Positions 1 through 11,306 of a stretch of 39,817 nt of DNA are shown in pieces. The DNA comes from Octopus bimaculoides (Eukaryota): positions 48,326,742-48,366,558 of the forward strand of contig NC_068987.1 of NCBI RefSeq assembly GCF_001194135.2, given 5' to 3'. Positions within the stretch are counted from its first letter, which is position 1, and every line of letters begins with the position of its first letter. The notes under the pieces are model-generated. The model had not been told where the DNA came from, did not search any database, and was given only the letters and a program-made list of their open reading frames with translations. The translations under genes were made by a program, and so were the position numbers.

Positions 1-170
1 GTATATAGGTGGATGTCGGTATGCACATACCTGTACGTATATATGCATATACTCATTTACTATTTGTTTTTACATGACTGAACGCAGCGTCACCATTTGT
101 AAGTAGTTATCGCAACTTTATATTTTCCGACGCTACTCTATCTCTTTCTCTTCCTCTATCATTTTTTCCC

Positions 171-270
171 CCTCTCGTTGTTCCTCTGTTTACTACTACG
201 TATCTCTCTTTACCCCTCTCGTTCTTCCTTTGTTACTACTACGTATCTCATTTTCCCTCCTCGTACTTCC
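171..270. repeat. ~44-bp tandem duplication (about 2.5 units) within a polypyrimidine tract
   Basis: CCTCTCGTT.TTCCT.TG..TACTACTACGTATCTC starts at both 171 and 215. Confidence 0.8.
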
Positions 271-1406
271 TCTCTTCCTCTTTTCCTTTCGTTGCTCACC
301 TATTCTTCTACTTCCTCCCTTTGTTTCTCCCTCTACCACTCTCTCTCTCTTCCCCTCACACCGGCATGGTCACATGCTTCCGGTCAATAATCCTTTTCTT
401 CCTTGGCTATCGCCGAGCAAACACGCGAACTTACTTCGTCTCCACTTTCAAGTTTNNNNNNNNNNNNNNNNNNNNNNNNNNNNNNNNNNNNNNNNNNNNN
501 NNNNNNNNNNNNNNNNNNNNNNNNNNNNNNNNNNNNNNNNNNNNNNNNNNNNNNNNNNNNNNNNNNNNNNNNNNNNNNNNNNNNNNNNNNNNNNNNNNNN
601 NNNNNNNNNNNNNNNNNNNNNNNNNNNNNNNNNNNNNNNNNNNNNNNNNNNNNNNNNNNNNNNNNNNNNNNNNNNNNNNNNNNNNNNNNNNNNNNNNNNN
701 NNNNNNNNNNNNNNNNNNNNNNNNNNNNNNNNNNNNNNNNNNNNNNNNNNNNNNNNNNNNNNNNNNNNNNNNNNNNNNNNNNNNNNNNNNNNNNNNNNNN
801 NNNNNNNNNNNNNNNNNNNNNNNNNNNNNNNNNNNNNNNNNNNNNNNNNNNNNNNNNNNNNNNNNNNNNNNNNNNNNNNNNNNNNNNNNNNNNNNNNNNN
901 NNNNNNNNNNNNNNNNNNNNNNNNNNNNNNNNNNNNNNNNNNNNNNNNNNNNNNNNNNNNNNNNNNNNNNNNNNNNNNNNNNNNNNNNNNNNNNNNNNNN
1001 NNNNNNTTACAGGTAAAAACTCAATTAAATTCAATTTATCAAAAATTAAAATTAAATTAAGTTTCACAGTATATAATATATAAATATAAAATTTAGAGAA
1101 AAGAACCAAAGTTCATGAACTCATCCATGAAAATCCACAGTCACATATAGAGAAAATTAATAAGTAAATACACTATAAAGAAGTATAAAATACAAAGTAA
1201 AAATCACAAAACAATAATTATAAAACGACTACACGTGTTTCATAACCAAATTTTCAAATAGAAAATAAAATCAAATTGATTAAATCAATCGAAAATCAAT
1301 TCTATTCAAAAATATAGCTAATCTTATACATAAATTTAAATAACCATGTTCTCTAACCAGCAAAATTCACTGCAGAGAATTATTTTCTGCAGAATTATTT
1401 CTGGTA

Positions 1407-1422
1407 TTTTGGCGTGCCAAAA
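1407..1422. promoter_or_regulatory. Near-perfect palindrome resembling a double E2F site, in a CpG-retaining region
   Basis: TTTTGGCGTGCCAAAA is one base from TTTTGGCGCGCCAAAA. A CACGTG E-box lies near 1232. Function is inferred only. Confidence 0.35.
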
Positions 1423-1637
1423 TGAAGACTTTTGAAATATAACCCCAAATGTAATTGATAGAACTATATGCATGTTCAATCTCATGCAGACGTCTCATGT
1501 ATAGTTCTGCAAATTATATTTTGCTATGACGATCACACTGAAACCGGATTTGTGATTATTATTTATATTTTGTATCTTTTCATTTGTCTTGCTCGCTTAT
1601 GTTCTGCTGAATTTTCTTGAGAACAATCTTTTTTTAG

Positions 1638-1708
1638 TGGTCAGGCCATATGGAGTCTACATCTAGCATAATGGATGTCTACTTAGTGGTCATCCCTCTT
1701 ATATGTAT
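1638..1708 (+). CDS. Candidate early exon containing an ATG at 1650 (MESTSSIMDVYLVVIPLI)
   Basis: The acceptor is TCTTTTTTTAG, with possible donors GTATGT (1705) and GTAATA (1709). Only one frame is open. The donors abut a TA-rich repeat tail, which weakens the call. Confidence 0.25.
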
Positions 1709-1727
1709 GTAATATATATATATAATT

Positions 1728-2070
1728 ATCATCACCATCATTTCATGTCTGTCTCCCATGCTAGCTTGGCTTGATGTTAAGAAAAGCATCCAGTCATAGA
1801 AACCATGCCAAAATTAGATATTGGTTTGATGGTTTGGCACTATTTAATGAACTGGAGGACTGTGTCTAGCTCCAATGTCCATTTTAGCATGGTTTCAATG
1901 GCTGAATGCTCTTTCTAACATCAGCTACTTTACAAAGTGCACTTTGAGCTTTTTTTTTTTTTTTGTGACACTGGCACTAGCGAGGTCACCCAGTAACTTA
2001 CAAGGCAAAGAAAAAGGCTCCATGTGGCTTTGTGCCAGCTGTTGAGGAGTTAAAGTATGATAAAGAGACA
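1728..2070 (-). mobile_element. RTE-tail repeat (older family with a pyrimidine-rich upstream body)
   Basis: A (CAT)n-like tail is followed by CCATGCTAGC...AGCATGGTTTC..GCTG..TGC..TTCTAAC, homologous to the RTE 3' end. The body is shared with 6930-7600, 7830-8285 and 18700-19590. Confidence 0.75.
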
Positions 2071-2864
2071 GCCACCAATGTCTTGCTATGGACGTATGTG
2101 TATACACGCACACGCACATACATACACACACACACACATCTACGTGTGCACTCAGATGTGTGTGTATGTGTGTGCATGTGCTCGCACATGCATGAATGTC
2201 TTTGTCCCTCAAACTACTTGCCAACCATTGTTGGTTTGTTAACACACCCTGAAACTTGTAGCTTGCCACAAGTGACTAACAGAATAAGTACCAGATTGAA
2301 AAAAAAAAATTATTGGGGGGTCAAAGTAATGCCCCAGCATGACCACACTCCAATGACTGAAATAAATAAAATAAAGAAAAGTGAAAACAACAATGAATGT
2401 AAGACCTTCATTGCTGCTGTGTCACTATTACACTGTTTGTTATTGCAGCGTCTCTTGTTAATTGAGAGATCCTGCAATAGTTATAGCAATTACAAAGGTT
2501 TTTAACATTGACATAAAACCACAATATTTTAGGTGATGGTGTAGTAAAATGAATCAGGTCCCAGGACATACACCACATTTATTAGATGGACAAGGCTAAC
2601 CCTAGTGATTTACAGGTACAACTCACTTTTACCAGCTGAGTGGGTTGGAGGAGTATCCTGTAACAATTGCATAATCTCCTATTGTTACACAAACATACAC
2701 AGATAATGACATACATACTCAAACACAGTCACATATTGTTATATACACATACACACAGTCTATTCATTTTATACATACACACATCAGCAGACATTCCACA
2801 CGCAGTCTGTAAGACATACAGATACCAACATACATATTCAGTTATTGCTTCACAAACACTCACA

Positions 2865-3345
2865 CACACAGTCTCACACAGTTACATGCACACACATAAA
2901 CACACACACAGTCTCATACAGTTACACGCACATGCACAAACACAATGAGTCTCATACAGGTATGCAGACACACACACACACACAGAGTCTCATACAGTTA
3001 CACGCACACACAAACAGTCTCATACAGTTGCTCACACACACACACACTCTCATACAGTTACGTGCACACACACACTCTCATACAGTTACGTGCACACACA
3101 CAAACACAGTCTCATACAGGTATGTGTGCACACACACAAACACAGTCTCATACAGGTATGTGTGCACACACACACACACACACACAGTGCCTCATACAGC
3201 TACGCGCATACACACAAACAGTCTCATACAGTTACGCATGCGCACACACATGCACACAGTCTCATACAGTTACGTGCACAAGTAAACACAGTCTCATATA
3301 GTTGTGTATACACACCCAAACACTCAGAGTCTCATGCATGCATGC
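2865..3345. repeat. Compound minisatellite: about 13-14 copies of core AGTCTCATACAG(T/G)TA separated by variable (CA)n-rich spacers
   Basis: The core is visible at about 2870, 2911, 2949, 2986, 3017, 3048, 3076, 3109, 3145, 3190, 3221, 3259, 3293 and 3329. The period is roughly 28-45 bp. Confidence 0.9.
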
Positions 3346-3644
3346 ATGCACACACGCACACAAACAGATACCAGCAGACAATTAGCATCATATTTTTCGT
3401 TTATTTATTATTTATTGGAATGCTAAGATCTTTGTAGGATTAGTCGAGGGAGGAGGAGGGTATAGCAACTATATAGCAGACTGACATGTCAGTCTTACCA
3501 AACCAATTTTATTAATATAGATTGTACCTCCTATACAAGAAGAAACCTGTTCTGTTCTGGTCCTTTCTTTCACAATAATCTCATAATCCAGCATAATGCC
3601 ATCCCACTTCCTCCCGACTGTAGCCCCACTGAGTCAATGAAGAT

Positions 3645-3860
3645 CTTAGTCTTGTAAACTACACGGTAACTTCACTAGTGCTGGAGTCAAGGAAAAAAGC
3701 ACCCAGTATACATTGTAGAGGTGGTTGAAATTAGGAAGTGCATCCATCTTGTCAGAGTAGACATTAAAGCTCAAAGCAGTCTACTGGTTCATCAGTCTAT
3801 GCCAAACTGGCTAAGGAATACTAAAGTGGAAGATGAATATTAAATGATGATGATCATTAT
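3645..3860 (+). mobile_element. RTE-tail repeat fragment
   Basis: It contains CACTAGTGCTGG..AAAAAAGCACCCAGTATAC..TTAGGAAGTGCATCC and ends TAAATGATGATGATC. Confidence 0.7.
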
Positions 3861-3887
3861 CATTCACACACACATACACGCACAGGG

Positions 3888-4215
3888 TAAAGACCCCTTT
3901 GGTCATGAATGACCATGGGATTGAACCTAGAAAGTTACCCTCCGAGGCACAAGTCCAGGTAAGGTTGTTTATGGAAGACTAGAAGTTGCCCATGCATACC
4001 CGGCTCCCCTCTCCATGCTGCCGATGTTGCCCAAAGGAAAGGCAAAGGCCAATACAACTTCGAACCAGTGACATTGGAACTCATTTCTACAGCTGAGTGA
4101 ACTGGAGCAACATGGAATAAAGTGCCTTGCTCAAGAACACAGCCCAGTCCAGAAATCAAACTCACTACCTCATGATTGAGCACAACGCTCTAACCACTGA
4201 GCCATGCATCTTCAC
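3888..4215 (-). mobile_element. tRNA-derived SINE with CORE-like segment
   Basis: The head is TGGCTCAGTGGTTAGAGC..GAGTTTGATTTC, then GTGTTCTTGAGCAAGGCACTT (CORE-like) and CACTCAGCTGTAGAAATGAG. The tail is CCCATGGTCATTCATGACC. Confidence 0.85.
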
Positions 4216-4677
4216 ACACATCTATATGAACAGATAAATACATAGATATGTATTCATACACCCTCCCATATAACACTTGTATATGCACACATACATATAT
4301 ATTTGTGTGTCCATCTTGTCAAACTTCCCTATCTGTACCAACATGGAAAATGGATGTTAAAAGGTAATGATAATGATGATGATAGTGATTCTAGGCAGAT
4401 TGTAAGCAGGATTTGAATTCAACATAAAGGAGTAAAATCAAACACTGTAACTGTATGGTATCAACTTTCAGATTGGGAAGCAACCTTCAATTAATGAAGT
4501 ATATCCTGAGGAAGTTGTTACATTACAACTTTATTCTGATTTCTGTGATATTTTCTCCATTCATACCAATTATATATATTTGTTAGATATTGCTTAATTT
4601 ATCTCTTATTCAAAATTGACACCATCACATAAGAACCAAGGTAGTATTGGTGAGACACTGATAAGGCAGCATATTAA

Positions 4678-5179
4678 TCCTTTTGATATCAAACTGCCTG
4701 AGAGCCCTTAGTTTTAGGATAAAGTCTTCCTGTTTTGAAGTTATCTAAATTAACATCTATCTGATTTATGTCTTAAACTTCAGTTTAATAAGGACAAAAT
4801 TATTTTCAAAATTAATTTGAATAAACACATATTTGGCCAGAAATATACTAATGAAAGGGTTAAGTCATCTAAGCTAAAATTTTTCATCAAAATTTCAAGT
4901 GAATTTATGTTTCAAATCACTACCTCAATAATAACAATTTTACTAAAAATTTTTCCTTATCTTCAAAATGAATTGAAACAGGCAGTGTATTTCAACAGAA
5001 ATATGGTAACAAAAGGGTTAAAGTGATCTAAATCAAAACTTCTATCCAAATTTCAAACGAATTTATGTTCCAAACTTTAACTTAATAATGACCAAGTTAT
5101 TTCACTAAACTCTTATTATTTTCTAAAAGAAATTGAAACAAAAGCAGTTTGTGTCAGTGGAAATATGGTAATAAAAGGA
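4678..5179 (+). mobile_element. piggyBac-type MITE family B: one near-full copy plus two tandem 3'-part units
   Basis: Three consecutive units end in GAAATAT..TAA..AAAGG(G/A)-TTAA, with TTAA at 4860, 5018 and 5180. The 5' end is TTAA-TCCTTTTGATATC. Confidence 0.8.
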
Positions 5180-6929
5180 TTAAGGATGCTAAACTCTGAT
5201 CAAGAATCAATTTTTCTAATTCTGGTAACAAGATAAGAAAACTGGTAAACTGAGTAAAAGTTCAGCAGCCAACTGAACCTTAAACTATTCCCTATCACCA
5301 TTTCAAATTAGATGACCGACCTACCAGGCTATGCTGACATTTTCTCAAGCTGGAAATTTTATGCAAAACTCTAAGGGGAAGTGAACTATAGTGATTTTGA
5401 GCAGCTTAATGTTGGTATTAAGTGTTTTAACAACTGCTAAAAAATAATGGAATCTATAAAGGCTTCAGAGAAGCATCCAATTACTGTAGTAACTAAACAC
5501 CACAGAAATAGTGAGTGGGAGGGAATTCTAAACAAGTGCCTTTCAATTCAAAACAGTTACTTTTCAAGCAAACATTGGGTATAGTATATACTACAATAGA
5601 TGTCTGTTTCTCTAAAAGGATTCTTCATCTCAGGAAGGAGAAATTGGAAGAGAATTTTGATGCTCAATTATAGAAAATTTTTATTTAACCCAAAGTCGAT
5701 ACTAGAATGGAATACCTTAGATGTTTAAAGCTGACAATATGAAGAACTTACAAATCATTCCCATCATCATCATCATCAGCAACAGCTTAACATTTACTTT
5801 TCCATGCTCACATGGGTCAGACAGAATTTGTTGAGGCAGGTTTTCTATGTCTAGATGCACTGCTTGTATGACAGTGATGGTCATTTGAAATTATTACACA
5901 ATGTCAAGACAATGAAATTCTAACACACATACACATGTGTATGTGTATGCACACATATATACACATGTGCATGTGCGCATGTGCACACACACACACACAC
6001 ACACACAAAGGAAGAGCTTTCACTTTTCATCTACCAAATCCACTCACATGGCTTTGGTCCACCTGGGACTATAATACAAAAAACACTTGCCCAAGATGCT
6101 GAGCAGTAGGACTGAACTCAAGGCCATGTGGTAGGGAAGCAAACATCTTAGGACAACAACCATGCCCACACCAACATATAATAAAACACAGAAGAGGGGC
6201 TGAACAAAGACTTATTGAGGAAGTATTTTATGGTAGTATGCTCTCCTTGTCAACCCTTTCCTGTTTTTCAAAGATGGTGTTTTTTTATTCCACTAACCTT
6301 GACAAGATGAAACTGCAGAGTTACAAAACATTTATTACAGTAGATATGGGCAAGACATCACAGTTTTGCCCAAATTGTGTCATGCAAAGACATGTAGTAA
6401 ATAAACTTTCAGACACATGTACACGTACACACACATACACACAGGGCTTCCATACAGTTTCCATAAAATAATTTCATTCATTCTCACTCATTCATCAGAC
6501 TAAGGTTATAGCAGAAGGCCAAGTCCTCCTGCAGAGGGATGGAATCTGAAACCACACAGCATAATATGTAGGTAAGATGGGAGAAAATTTAAATGTGTTT
6601 GAGTGTGTGAGTGTATTATAAATCCCCAATCCTCTTGACAATTGTAGGTTGAACCTACATCACAAGTTCTCATGGAAGTTGTAGAGTCGGTTGAAGTAGT
6701 GGCGCAGGTCAAAGTTGTGGTGTATGTTAAAGTTGTGTTGGGCGAGACCAATGGAGCCAGACCATCAAGCACAAAAAGAAAAAAAATGAACCTTTTAAAT
6801 CATCAAACATTAAAGAGCTTGAATTAAATCATTAATTTGACTTCTTTAGTTTGCACAAAACTTTAGAATTATTTAAATATTTAGTGGTAGTTATTGCTTT
6901 CATAATGTCCTGAAAGGAAATAAAAGACA

Positions 6930-7600
6930 ACCATCATGCTCATCATTTTATATCCATGTTCCATGTTGGCAGGAATTGGACAGTTCAACAGGATCTAATG
7001 AGCTAGCATGGTTTCTATGGCTCAATGCCCTTCCTAACACCAACTACACCCAGAGTGTATGGGATGCTTTTTTTTTTTTTCGAAGCACTAGCATGAGTGA
7101 AGTTACCAAGTAACTAGCAAGACAAGATAAGCTGCCCTCTCAATTGAGAGGCATGTAGTAGTGAGGGCAATGGCTTTTTCCATATGTTGGGAGACTGAAG
7201 TATGATAGAGGAACAGGAACATGTGTGTTACTCTAGAGGAAATACAGGGCTATCCTAGCTGGAAAGGGAGAAAGGATGGTGGAGATGAGGTGTCAGTGAG
7301 TACTCTCAAGGTACAAGGTGGATATAAGAAACAGTATAGGCAGAGGATTGATGATGGGTTGATGGGTTGGCTCATGAGAATATGAAAGGAAAGACAGATG
7401 ATGGTTAGAGGTGGAGGTAAATATAGTGAAAGGTGAACATGACTGGAGGTGTAGTCAATGGTAAATCTATTTGTGGGGAGGAGGAGGTTAAGGAAAATGA
7501 AAATTACGGAGGAAGAGGAGAAAAAGGTGATACGTGAGAATACATAAAAAGGCGGAGTTGGGGTTGCTGGAGATCAACAATTAAATAAAGCCAAAGATAG
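6930..7600 (-). mobile_element. RTE-tail repeat with long purine-rich (plus strand) body
   Basis: The tail at ~6930-7070 is homologous to the RTE 3' end. The body resembles the reverse complement of 7830-8100 and 18700-19110. Confidence 0.7.
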
Positions 7601-7829
7601 ATGAGAATTTATTTTGAAAATAGATTTCTAATATCTCTTGTGATTTACTAGATGTTCATCCATTGACCTCAAAGGAAAGAAACACTAAAAGTCGAGGAAA
7701 CTAATGATGGTTTGCATCAGCAGAAACCCAATTTGATAAAATTTATAAAAACACACAATTTTGAAAGGAAGTAAAAAATAAAAGCAGATTAAAAAAAGAC
7801 TCCCTAAAAAATCATATTTACTATCAACT

Positions 7830-8285
7830 ATATCTCCACTCTTATTCACCACTCACTACATTCATTTCCACCTACCGCTCTAACTATCTGTCACTTTTTC
7901 TTGCCCCCTTTTGAACTTGCCTACCCAATCTTATATAATGTAGGAGTAGCAATATATTTCCTCTTCAGCAAGACACCTGCTCCTGACTATCATATTTTAA
8001 CTTTTCAACACCTGACATAAAACCACCTCCCTCTCTGCTACATCCCCACTCAGTCATGGGGGACCTTTTATGTCTTGTAAGTTAACCTGGCAACCTCACT
8101 AGTACCAATGCCATAAAAATAAGCAATCTGTACACTCTGTAAAATGGTTGGCATTAAGGACATCCAGCTGCAGAAACCATGCTAAAGCAGACACTGGAGC
8201 TAACTGTGGACTCACTGGGTCTAGACAAGCTGTGCTACACATGCAAGCATGGAATGCAGATGTTAAATAATGATGATGATGATTT
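7830..8285 (+). mobile_element. RTE-tail repeat, inverted relative to 6930-7600
   Basis: It reads CCTCTTCAGCAAGACACCTG...CAACCTCACTAGT...GGTTGGCATTAAG..CATCCAGCTGCAGAAACCATGC...GCATGGAA..GATGTTAAATAATGATGATGATGAT. Confidence 0.75.
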
Positions 8286-9861
8286 AACAATTGCAAGAGA
8301 TAGAGTTAGTACATGTTAGGATTTCTAACTATATTAAATAAGGTATTTTCAGTTTCAAAAAAATGTAATTTTTTTTATTAATTCGTTAAATTTTATTAAT
8401 TGATTTAACTTTAAAACGATGAACTATTCACACAAAGATTGTAAGTTAAAACTGTACTACTGGTGTTATTTTGTTCCCTTAGATAAGTAACATCAATCAA
8501 CCTAACTGAATTACATTAGATATGCTAAAGGTAAAAAAAATCAGGAGTGACTGCAGATCACTAGCAATACAAGCAGACAAGTAGAGACATGCTGGTCATA
8601 TAATATTGCTGGAGGTAATTGGTTCCAGGAACAGTACCAATAACAAGAAATAGGCTGAGTGTTAAAGGATTCCTCAAGAAAAAAAATATTCTGGACACTT
8701 TAGAATTTACAGGACAGATAAAATATTCGATAAACAAAATCACACAGACATTAACTCATTTTCTAAAAAAATATATTTGAATGAATAAAATGTTTTTCTC
8801 TCATATATTTCAATCTCTTAAAATGATATATTTCCCTCTCCTATCATCGTTGTCATCGTCATTTTAGTGTCCACTCTGCCATGCTTGCACAAGTCAGACA
8901 GAATTCATTGAGGTAAATTTTCTACCTCAATGAACACCCTGTTACCAACTTTCGTCTTTTTCCAAAGTTTGTGAGCCTTGTGAGTAGATTTGGTACATGA
9001 CATTTGTCCAAGGTGCCACGCAGTAGGACCAAACCAGAGACCATGTGGATAGGAAGCAAACTTCTTAACCACACAGCCATGTCTATAAACATTTCTATAA
9101 TGCTGTTAGCACAACAGGCACTGGTCCAATTCAATAGTTAATGACATTTTTAATGATTTTTCAAAGCCTACTTTTTCTGATGTTGTGATGAGCTACATGG
9201 GTTTACAACCGTGTATCTGCAGAATCATGTCATCTGCCAGAAATGTTCTCAGATCTGATTTTACTACTTCTTGAATCTTCCTGCACACTGGGAATTGTCC
9301 ACCAACCAATGACAAATTTTCACCCCCACCCCCCCTTTATCATCTATTCATATTACATATCTACATTATTACATAGCTAAATCCATAAAACATATCACTG
9401 ATACCAAACTGCTACTTCCTCAACTCACATGATCAGATCATTATTTCAGTTGACTGCTAGCTAACAAATGAAAAGTTACTTTGAAAAGCCTTGTGGATAT
9501 CTAATATATAAATATATAATATATGTGTGTGTGTGTGTGCGCGCATTGGTAATTGATGCCATAAAAAAGGAGTATCTGTCAAATCGTCAAAACTACTGAA
9601 GTGTCAAGCCTAAACGGTGCCAGATTGGGTGACAGTTTCAAAAAGTTATCTAAGTACTGTGACAGTCAAGCTACTGAGCAGTATAAAAAAAAAAAAGATT
9701 TCTTTCATAATTAACAGGTGCTCATAGAATTGGTGTATGGATATAGGTTTCTGTTGTATTGTGCACATAAGAAACAAATATCTACACACACACACACTCA
9801 CGCCAGAATAGGAAGCTAGCTGATTAGAGGGTCTGATATATATATATATATACTGACACTG

Positions 9862-10075
9862 CCATGGTTGTGCAGTCATCCAGTCAATGTCTTCATGGTC
9901 TACCCCTTTTTATCTTCCATTGACTCTTCCTTCAAAAATAAGGATCCTGAGGTTCTGGGACCTGATGACATGACCAAAATACTCCAGCTTTCTCTTCCTG
10001 ACAGTTGTCAAATATTCTCTTTCTGCTCCCATTTCTTCAATAGTCAACCTAGCCAATCTTAAGTACTCTTTGGTA
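9862..10075 (-). mobile_element. RTE/BovB-like LINE C-terminal fragment (different lineage from the young copy)
   Basis: The minus frame reads TVRKRKLEYFGHVIRSQNLRILIFEGRVNGR*, followed by a GRP..WLDD-like sequence. This matches the RTE/BovB pattern LxYFGHxxR...GxxxGxRxRGR...WLD. Confidence 0.75.
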
Positions 10076-10189
10076 GCGAGTTGTTTCAAATGTTTTGAGT
10101 TTGTAATGTAATTATGTATAATAATGATGAAATCAGAGAAAAGCATAATTTAAAGTGTGAGTTGTTGGTGTGCATTTCCTACAACCAAA

Positions 10190-11150
10190 ATGAAATCAGT
10201 TATGGCCAGTCTGAATTAAACATCAGTGTATTACTTAGAAAAGCAGGACTTGAATAGATTAATTGTTAACATGTTTCCTGCTTTGTACATTGACATACAA
10301 AATGCCAACAACTTAATAATAACAACTAACCCCAAAAGCTTGTAGTATTAATAAGAATTTGTAGGTTTTGGTGAGCAGGAAAGAAAGTAGAACTTAGAGC
10401 CATCAAAGAAATGTTCATGCTTGATATACAGAAAAATGGTAAGAACTCTATTATTGTATACCCAATGCAAACCATGGGTTCACAAAAGGTGCAATAGTAT
10501 TCCAGGCAGGCTAATAGACTTTATATTTTATAAAGGTACAAAAATAGATAGTAAAAACATTCACGAATAGATCTTTCAACTGCCTAAAAGGTACACTAGA
10601 AGTAATTGACAACATCTGCTGACAGTCACTCAATTATTAGTGGAGGTGGCTCTTACAAAAGTGAAGTAGCCAGAGTAAGGATGTGGTGGATAAAGTTCAG
10701 ATGACCATTACTGCTACTAGCAATAAAGAGTTTCTCTTTCTGAGCAGAGGCTAGGTTGTAATATTGTACAAATGTATTAAACTTAAGTAAGAAGTGTGAT
10801 GTTGCATACAATGAAACACAGGTACTGAAGGCTGAAAAGAAATCATACAAAAGCTGAGAGAAGACAATGAGATGAACATTCTCCATTTAATGTGTAACTT
10901 TAGTGTGCACAAGAGAAAACATGGGAAATAGAATAAGTCAGAGAGAAGACTATACTGGTAGAGATATGTGAAGAATGACATTTGGGTGAAGCATGGGTTG
11001 AATGTGTCTTCTGAATAGAAAAAGCTTGGAAAAGGATAAGGATAAAAAAGAGATAATGAACAACCAGAAGTGTCAAGACTACATTAAACTAGACACCATG
11101 AAAGAGATAACATGCAACCAAAACAAATGGTAAGGTGTTGTAACAAATGA
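10190..11150 (+). mobile_element. Old, heavily decayed RTE LINE fragment (RT to C-terminus)
   Basis: Broken frames give QNANNL (probably a decayed YADDL), TQCKPWVHKRCNSIPGRL and SGGGSYKSEVARVRMWWIKFR*PLLL, colinear with the young copy at 39.2-39.8 kb. It has many stops and frameshifts. Confidence 0.75.
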
Positions 11151-11171
11151 AACATTTATCTGATAATATGA

Positions 11172-11306
11172 GCAGTAAATGTGACTCATAACAATGGGAC
11201 ATGTGTACCATGGCTACGTATTAAAGACTTTCCTTAATAAATATGCTTGTTTCAATCCTAGTTACTTACATTTAAAATATGTCCCATCATTATGAGACAC
11301 AATGTA
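11172..11306. mobile_element. Short MITE with ~22-bp TIRs, possibly Tc1/mariner-type
   Basis: GTGACTCATAACAATGGGACAT matches the reverse complement of ATGTCCCATCATTATGAGACAC at 19 of 22 positions. Confidence 0.6.

Noticed and set aside
230-1109. Long ORFs in the track here and at 17294-18220, 32734-33946 and 38048-39241
   Set aside because: Their length comes from runs of N in assembly gaps.
1358-1507. Two imperfect hairpins (1358-1405 and 1461-1507) as possible miRNA or ncRNA precursors
   Set aside because: The stems are short or mismatched in AT-rich sequence, and I recognise no family. They could be noted only as promoter-region symmetry.
2865-3345. Repeat-spacer pattern superficially like a CRISPR array
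   Set aside because: The spacers are related (CA)n microsatellite variants rather than unique sequences. The context is eukaryotic and there are no cas genes.
2667-3437. His/Thr-rich ORFs of 93-146 aa in all three plus frames
   Set aside because: They are a by-product of a stop-poor CA-rich minisatellite.
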